IMG/VR virus record: IMGVR_UViG_3300005264_001052 | Strand: one strand, 5' to 3' | From: an uncultured virus (IMG/VR IMGVR_UViG_3300005264_001052) | Lineage: Duplodnaviria > Heunggongvirae > Uroviricota > Caudoviricetes | Length of the DNA: 20,000 nucleotides | Part shown: positions 16,058 through 20,000 of the stretch, piece by piece | Layout of the letters: the number at the start of each line of letters is the position of its first letter | Numbering within the stretch: the first letter of the stretch is position 1 | The notes under the pieces: model-generated | Told to the model about the DNA's origin: nothing | What the model saw: the letters and a program-made list of their open reading frames with translations, nothing else | Database searches by the model: none | Translations under genes and position numbers: made by a program

Positions 16058-16960
16058 TTATATATCCAAGTCACCAAACATGTTAGTTAGCTCTTTAATA
16101 TTATCTACACGTTTTTTTGCAATTTCAACAGAGCTTAAATCATTATCCACGCCTATATACTGTCTGTTTAGTAATTTACAGGCACAGCAAGTAGTGCCTG
16201 ACCCACAAAACGGATCCAATACTACTTGAGAAGAATTATTAGTGATTAAATTGACTAACCACATCATAAGTTTTAATGGTTTTACTGTCTCATGTGAGTT
16301 CTCTACTAGACCATTTATTGTACGTTCTTTTTTAGTAGGTCTAGAAAAATACTTAACATTAGTAGGTTCTCTGCCGTTAATATTTGGAACCCATCCTTTT
16401 TGTTTCATGGTACTGAAGGTATTACTTATAGTATTAGATTGCTTATGCTTCTCTCCAGTTAAATTAAATTTTTTCTGTATAGATGAATGGTTACCTTCAT
16501 AAAGTTCTCGCACAGTATCTATATTTAATAAATTGGTTCGATATTTTCTCCAATTATCTATTTCTTTACCCTCTATTTTCTTCCTAAAGACATAGATAGG
16601 ATTATAAACATTTCTTATTTTACTACGAAATATTTTGCCCTCCTCTTCTAATTTTATGCCCTTTGTATGCGTACCTTGGTATTTCCAAATCCACATATCT
16701 TTATATTCAAAATCAGTATTACTCATTATAGACATCAATTCCATTAGCATACTTGGTTGGCCGAAAATAATACAGTAACTACCTGGTTTTAATACCCTAT
16801 AGCATTCTTTCCATAGTGATTCATTTGGTATATCTTTATCCCAATTAGGATTAATACTAACTCCGTATGGTATATCACTAATTAATACATCTATAGTACC
16901 GTTATCTAAAGAAGCTACCGTATCTTCTGCATCACCTAATATTATTCTATTCGTCTTCAT
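16058..16960 (-). CDS. Amino (N6-A/N4-C) DNA methyltransferase, beta class
   Basis: Motif IV variant SDIPY, RVLKPG, HETVKP..L, VLDPFCGSGTT (FxGxG) near the C-terminus. Confidence 0.9.
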   Translation of the reverse strand: MKTNRIILGDAEDTVASLDNGTIDVLISDIPYGVSINPNWDKDIPNESLWKECYRVLKPGSYCIIFGQPSMLMELMSIMSNTDFEYKDMWIWKYQGTHTKGIKLEEEGKIFRSKIRNVYNPIYVFRKKIEGKEIDNWRKYRTNLLNIDTVRELYEGNHSSIQKKFNLTGEKHKQSNTISNTFSTMKQKGWVPNINGREPTNVKYFSRPTKKERTINGLVENSHETVKPLKLMMWLVNLITNNSSQVVLDPFCGSGTTCCACKLLNRQYIGVDNDLSSVEIAKKRVDNIKELTNMFGDLDI

Positions 16961-17750
16961 TTAATTTATTAGGATTCCTTATGGATGTAAGCTTTCTATA
17001 AGATGGAAATATAAAAGGAAGCTCTTTGTTTACTAATTTCTGAAAATACTCATTTTCTGGAGACTGCATAAGAAATAAATGGTGTATTGCGTCCTTAAAT
17101 AGAGGGTCATTCATTATTTTAAATACTTCTTTATTTCCCTTATACACATTATAGGTTACGCCCCAAATATTACCATCCACAATTGCAAAACGAACTATAG
17201 AGTCGTCTACACTACTACGATCAATAACAACTACAATCACATCCATGAATTTATCAAGTATGGTGTCAGAGTAATGTTTGTGCCACTTTTTAGGAACAAC
17301 GTCCTTAACTTTAGCTTTATCTGGGTATATCGAAGCATTAGCAATTATTTTTTCCTTAAAACCATAACTATCTAGTACTTTTTTAGATCCTGAAACTTTT
17401 ATTGTTTTATTTTCTACAGCTACAAGGGCATCAACCGAATAGAGATCAAATGGATTTTGAGATGAATTTTTAACCCAAGTAGACCCATAAAATTTACTTT
17501 CTAGATACCTACGCATAATAGTAGAAAGTTGGTCGTCGTGCCCTTGAGTCGGTAGTTTCAATAAACTATTAAGAAATTTTTCTATAATAGTTACTACACG
17601 TTCTTTATTATCTCTAGAACATTGTCCTGGAATAACATCTATCATAGATAGTGGCTTATTTTTTACTTTAAATCGCGCGTTATTCTTAGTAATATTAGTC
17701 ATTATTGTTTTACTGTTAGGCCCACTAGTTTTTATTGTTTCTTTTAACAT
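16947..17750 (-). CDS. Putative Type II restriction endonuclease (PD-(D/E)xK fold)
   Basis: E in upstream helix (YLE), PFD...VENK motif; 14-bp overlap with the methyltransferase. Confidence 0.5.
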   Translation of the reverse strand: MLKETIKTSGPNSKTIMTNITKNNARFKVKNKPLSMIDVIPGQCSRDNKERVVTIIEKFLNSLLKLPTQGHDDQLSTIMRRYLESKFYGSTWVKNSSQNPFDLYSVDALVAVENKTIKVSGSKKVLDSYGFKEKIIANASIYPDKAKVKDVVPKKWHKHYSDTILDKFMDVIVVVIDRSSVDDSIVRFAIVDGNIWGVTYNVYKGNKEVFKIMNDPLFKDAIHHLFLMQSPENEYFQKLVNKELPFIFPSYRKLTSIRNPNKLNEDE

Positions 17751-17768
17751 GTTTAAGTCCCTTTTCTT

Positions 17769-18002
17769 TTATTGAACTGCAGTTGTTTTAAATCTACTTA
17801 AATCGCCTGTAGTAGGATGTTTAGTCTTTGCTTCTTGTTGATCCATAACTCTAGCTTTACGTTCTAATCTACTTATCTCTCTCTGTTCATCAAATTCATA
17901 TTCATTACATTTACGTGATTTATTTAATTTAACAGTTGTTTTTTTAACACTGCATTTTCTATTTACCTCATTAACACACATGTTACATTTAATTTTCATC
18001 AT
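17769..18002 (-). CDS. Small Cys-containing hypothetical protein
   Basis: CNMC...C...C pattern; overlaps upstream gene. Confidence 0.55.
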   Translation of the reverse strand: MMKIKCNMCVNEVNRKCSVKKTTVKLNKSRKCNEYEFDEQREISRLERKARVMDQQEAKTKHPTTGDLSRFKTTAVQ

Positions 18003-18348
18003 ACTTCTCCGATTCTTTTATATAATTAATACCTTCTTTCAAACCATCTATTAAAGACTGAATATGCGCTTCGTCTTGGATAACTAACTCACCTTCGATG
18101 CTTAGTTTACCTGTGAACAACATAATAATTGTAAGTTTGATCCTTTTCCACATTCTAGTAAGCCAAAATCTATTACCATAGTAATCTGCAGTGGAAAGTG
18201 TCTTACAAAAACTTAAACTGATTATTCCATACTCATCGGCCTCAAAATCTAACCACATATCGCACTCTGGACTTCCACAACTACATGCATATCTATAAAA
18301 TGAATTACTGACTTTCATTATTTTCGATGATATTTTCGATGTTTTCAA
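17989..18348 (-). CDS. Hypothetical phage protein
   Basis: CSCGSPEC motif and W.R.WKRIK amphipathic segment. Confidence 0.55.
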   Translation of the reverse strand: MKTSKISSKIMKVSNSFYRYACSCGSPECDMWLDFEADEYGIISLSFCKTLSTADYYGNRFWLTRMWKRIKLTIIMLFTGKLSIEGELVIQDEAHIQSLIDGLKEGINYIKESEKYDEN

Positions 18349-19030
18349 TTATCGCTTCCTCCTCCTCTAATTTTTTTTGATTTTTCATAAAATATATTAT
18401 ATCCAAAGATAAATAACTGTTTATAATATCTTCAATATATGTACCTGCATTTTTTTTTTCTATTGCACCTACATATTTTTGTAAGGCTTTTCCTATATCA
18501 TTGTCCGTTGTCTCAAAATATTCCTTTAGAATTTGACAACCTAAAAGAATATTATTCTCAATAAAAAATACTTCATGAGGTTTCCAACCATACTCATCAA
18601 TTTTATCTTGATGATATTTTGGTATAACCTGCATAAGACCAGAAGCTCCAAGTTTATTTTTTATCAAAGGGTTAAAATTACTTTCAAATCGTATAACGCA
18701 CAACGGAAGTAAAGGAGGTAGGTTTTGTTTTTCAGATTCAGTAATTAAAGCATCTACTATTTGTTCTTTTATTAACGGATCTACTCTCGGATTAAGATGA
18801 GTCAGTGCGGCTGATAAACTTCCTCTAATATCTACTTTTTTATCTTCTACAACAGCGTTCTTTTTTAATATTTTAGTCTCCACTATTACCGCTGTATTTG
18901 CTTCTGTTAAGTTTTTAATTTCCTGTCCTAAAATAACGGCTCTCCATGTTATAGATGCAAATCCTATACAACAAGAAACTGTTACAAAAACTAGAAGTCT
19001 ATGTAGAATATCAAATTTACTTTTTTCCAT
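18305..19030 (-). CDS. Lytic transglycosylase (SLT domain) with N-terminal transmembrane segment
   Basis: Catalytic ES in FESNFNP, GASGLMQV, NI..G..IL, AL.KY.G; hydrophobic residues about 12-35. Confidence 0.85.
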   Translation of the reverse strand: MEKSKFDILHRLLVFVTVSCCIGFASITWRAVILGQEIKNLTEANTAVIVETKILKKNAVVEDKKVDIRGSLSAALTHLNPRVDPLIKEQIVDALITESEKQNLPPLLPLCVIRFESNFNPLIKNKLGASGLMQVIPKYHQDKIDEYGWKPHEVFFIENNILLGCQILKEYFETTDNDIGKALQKYVGAIEKKNAGTYIEDIINSYLSLDIIYFMKNQKKLEEEEAIIENIENIIENNESQ

Positions 19031-19037
19031 CCTTTAA

Positions 19038-19643
19038 TTATCCTTTCAATCTATTTCCTTGAGACACAAATCTGAGTACCTCATTCCAATTATAAATTCT
19101 AGTAAATTTGCTAGTGTCAATATAGTCATCTTCATTCCAAGGTCTTGTCATTAATACTAATCCTTTTTTCCACTTTGCTTTAGATCTGTACATTTCATAT
19201 AAATTACTTTCTAAATCATCTATAAAAAAATCTAGGCCGAATTGTTTAGCTACTGCTCCTTTACCTTGTACATCTGTTAGTATTAATTTATCAAAAACTA
19301 TATTATGTTCACGTAACCACGCATTAGTCGTTCCTGTAAGATGTTTATGTCTTTTAGTTACTATAAATATTTTATGCCCACTACGTTTAAGTGTATTTAA
19401 TACTTTTATAGATTCTTTATAAGGTTTTACTGTACTCATCAATTTCTTATCCGTTACTGAATACACTAAAGCATCCACAGCCATTTGTTGTTTTTCATCA
19501 TCATCAGAATACACATTATCTTCAAAATTAAAACTTTTAAAAACTTCTATACCATATTTACAATCAAACTTGTAATTTAAATAATCTACAGCCATGCTTG
19601 CTGTTTTAGCTATAACCTCGTCTAAATCAAATCCCAAATTCAT
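19038..19643 (-). CDS. HAD-superfamily 5'(3')-deoxyribonucleotidase-like protein
   Basis: GFDLDEV (DxD), IVT.R, T.AWL, K, FIDD, RPWN, W.E. Confidence 0.85.
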   Translation of the reverse strand: MNLGFDLDEVIAKTASMAVDYLNYKFDCKYGIEVFKSFNFEDNVYSDDDEKQQMAVDALVYSVTDKKLMSTVKPYKESIKVLNTLKRSGHKIFIVTKRHKHLTGTTNAWLREHNIVFDKLILTDVQGKGAVAKQFGLDFFIDDLESNLYEMYRSKAKWKKGLVLMTRPWNEDDYIDTSKFTRIYNWNEVLRFVSQGNRLKG

Positions 19644-19661
19644 AATAGTTTGTCCTCATAC

Positions 19662-19695
19662 TAGTGATGGTGGTAATAAAAAACCACCATCACTA
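19662..19695. terminator. Perfect 13-bp hairpin between dnaK and the HAD gene (terminator or stabilising/processing stem)
   Basis: TAGTGATGGTGGT-aataaaaa-ACCACCATCACTA; no U-tail on the minus strand. Confidence 0.55.
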
Positions 19696-19705
19696 TATTA
19701 ATTAT

Positions 19706-20000
19706 TTAATTATTCTTTACTTCTTCAAAATCAGCCTCTACAACATCATCATCGTCTTCGGGGCCTGCATCGGGACCTGCACCACCAGCTCCTGGAGCTC
19801 CCTGACCATCCTGTGCTGCCTGCTGATACATTGCTTCGGCAAGTTTATGGGATGCCTGAGAGAGAGCCTCAATTTTTTGTTTTATCTCATCAACACTATC
19901 TGAATCTTTGGATTGTTTTAAAGCTTCCATTGCAGATTCAATACCCTTCTTTGTCTCTTCATCAACCTTGTCACCATGCTCTTTCAAGGTTTTTTCTGTC
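19706..20000 (-). CDS. dnaK: Chaperone DnaK (Hsp70), C-terminal end; gene begins beyond the window
   Basis: TEKTLKEHGDKV..., EALSQASHKLAEAMYQQA, Gly-rich linker, DDVVEADFEEVK terminal motif. Confidence 0.92.
   Translation of the reverse strand, partial: TEKTLKEHGDKVDEETKKGIESAMEALKQSKDSDSVDEIKQKIEALSQASHKLAEAMYQQAAQDGQGAPGAGGAGPDAGPEDDDDVVEADFEEVKNN

Noticed and set aside
4487..19903. Other plus-strand ORFs (4487, 4970, 6086, 7057, 8766, 11392, 15862, 15993, 16242, 19664) and nested minus-strand ORFs (5139, 5559, 6597)
   Set aside because: They overlap well-supported genes, and show no recognisable motifs or obvious RBS.
1..20000. CRISPR array, tRNA, rRNA, transposase or integrase
   Set aside because: No regularly spaced repeats, cloverleaf/T-loop consensus or recombinase motifs seen by eye.
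1..20000. Stop-codon reassignment, as in some large phages
   Set aside because: Recognisable genes are full length under the standard code; the single split gene is explained by a deletion.

Overview
AT-rich, densely coding window with every credible gene on the minus strand. It most likely comes from a large (jumbo/huge) dsDNA bacteriophage; a host among Desulfobacterota/deltaproteobacteria is an inference from the DnaK tail and the Cys-rich PAS domain. In transcription order (right to left): end of dnaK, HAD 5'-nucleotidase, membrane-anchored lytic transglycosylase, a putative Type II restriction-modification pair, RNase HII, cupin phosphomannose-isomerase domain, nucleotidyltransferase, ATP-dependent DNA ligase, a coiled-coil/TM protein coupled to a kinase-less triple-PAS protein, Hsp20, HExxH metallopeptidase, two paralogous spermidine-synthase-like SAM-binding proteins, a stand-alone response-regulator receiver, virion/fibre-like proteins, a family-4-like uracil-DNA glycosylase, and two paralogous LamG-domain proteins with different C-terminal modules. 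One LamG gene is missed by the ORF track because it runs off the window; the other is split by a 35-bp frameshifting deletion. The best leads are: an anti-SD hairpin plus 11-bp inverted repeats bracketing hsp20; the orphan PAS/receiver signalling parts; the modular LamG genes with conserved nucleotide linkers; and a candidate structured RNA at about 3188-3329. All calls come from motif recognition by eye, with no database searches.
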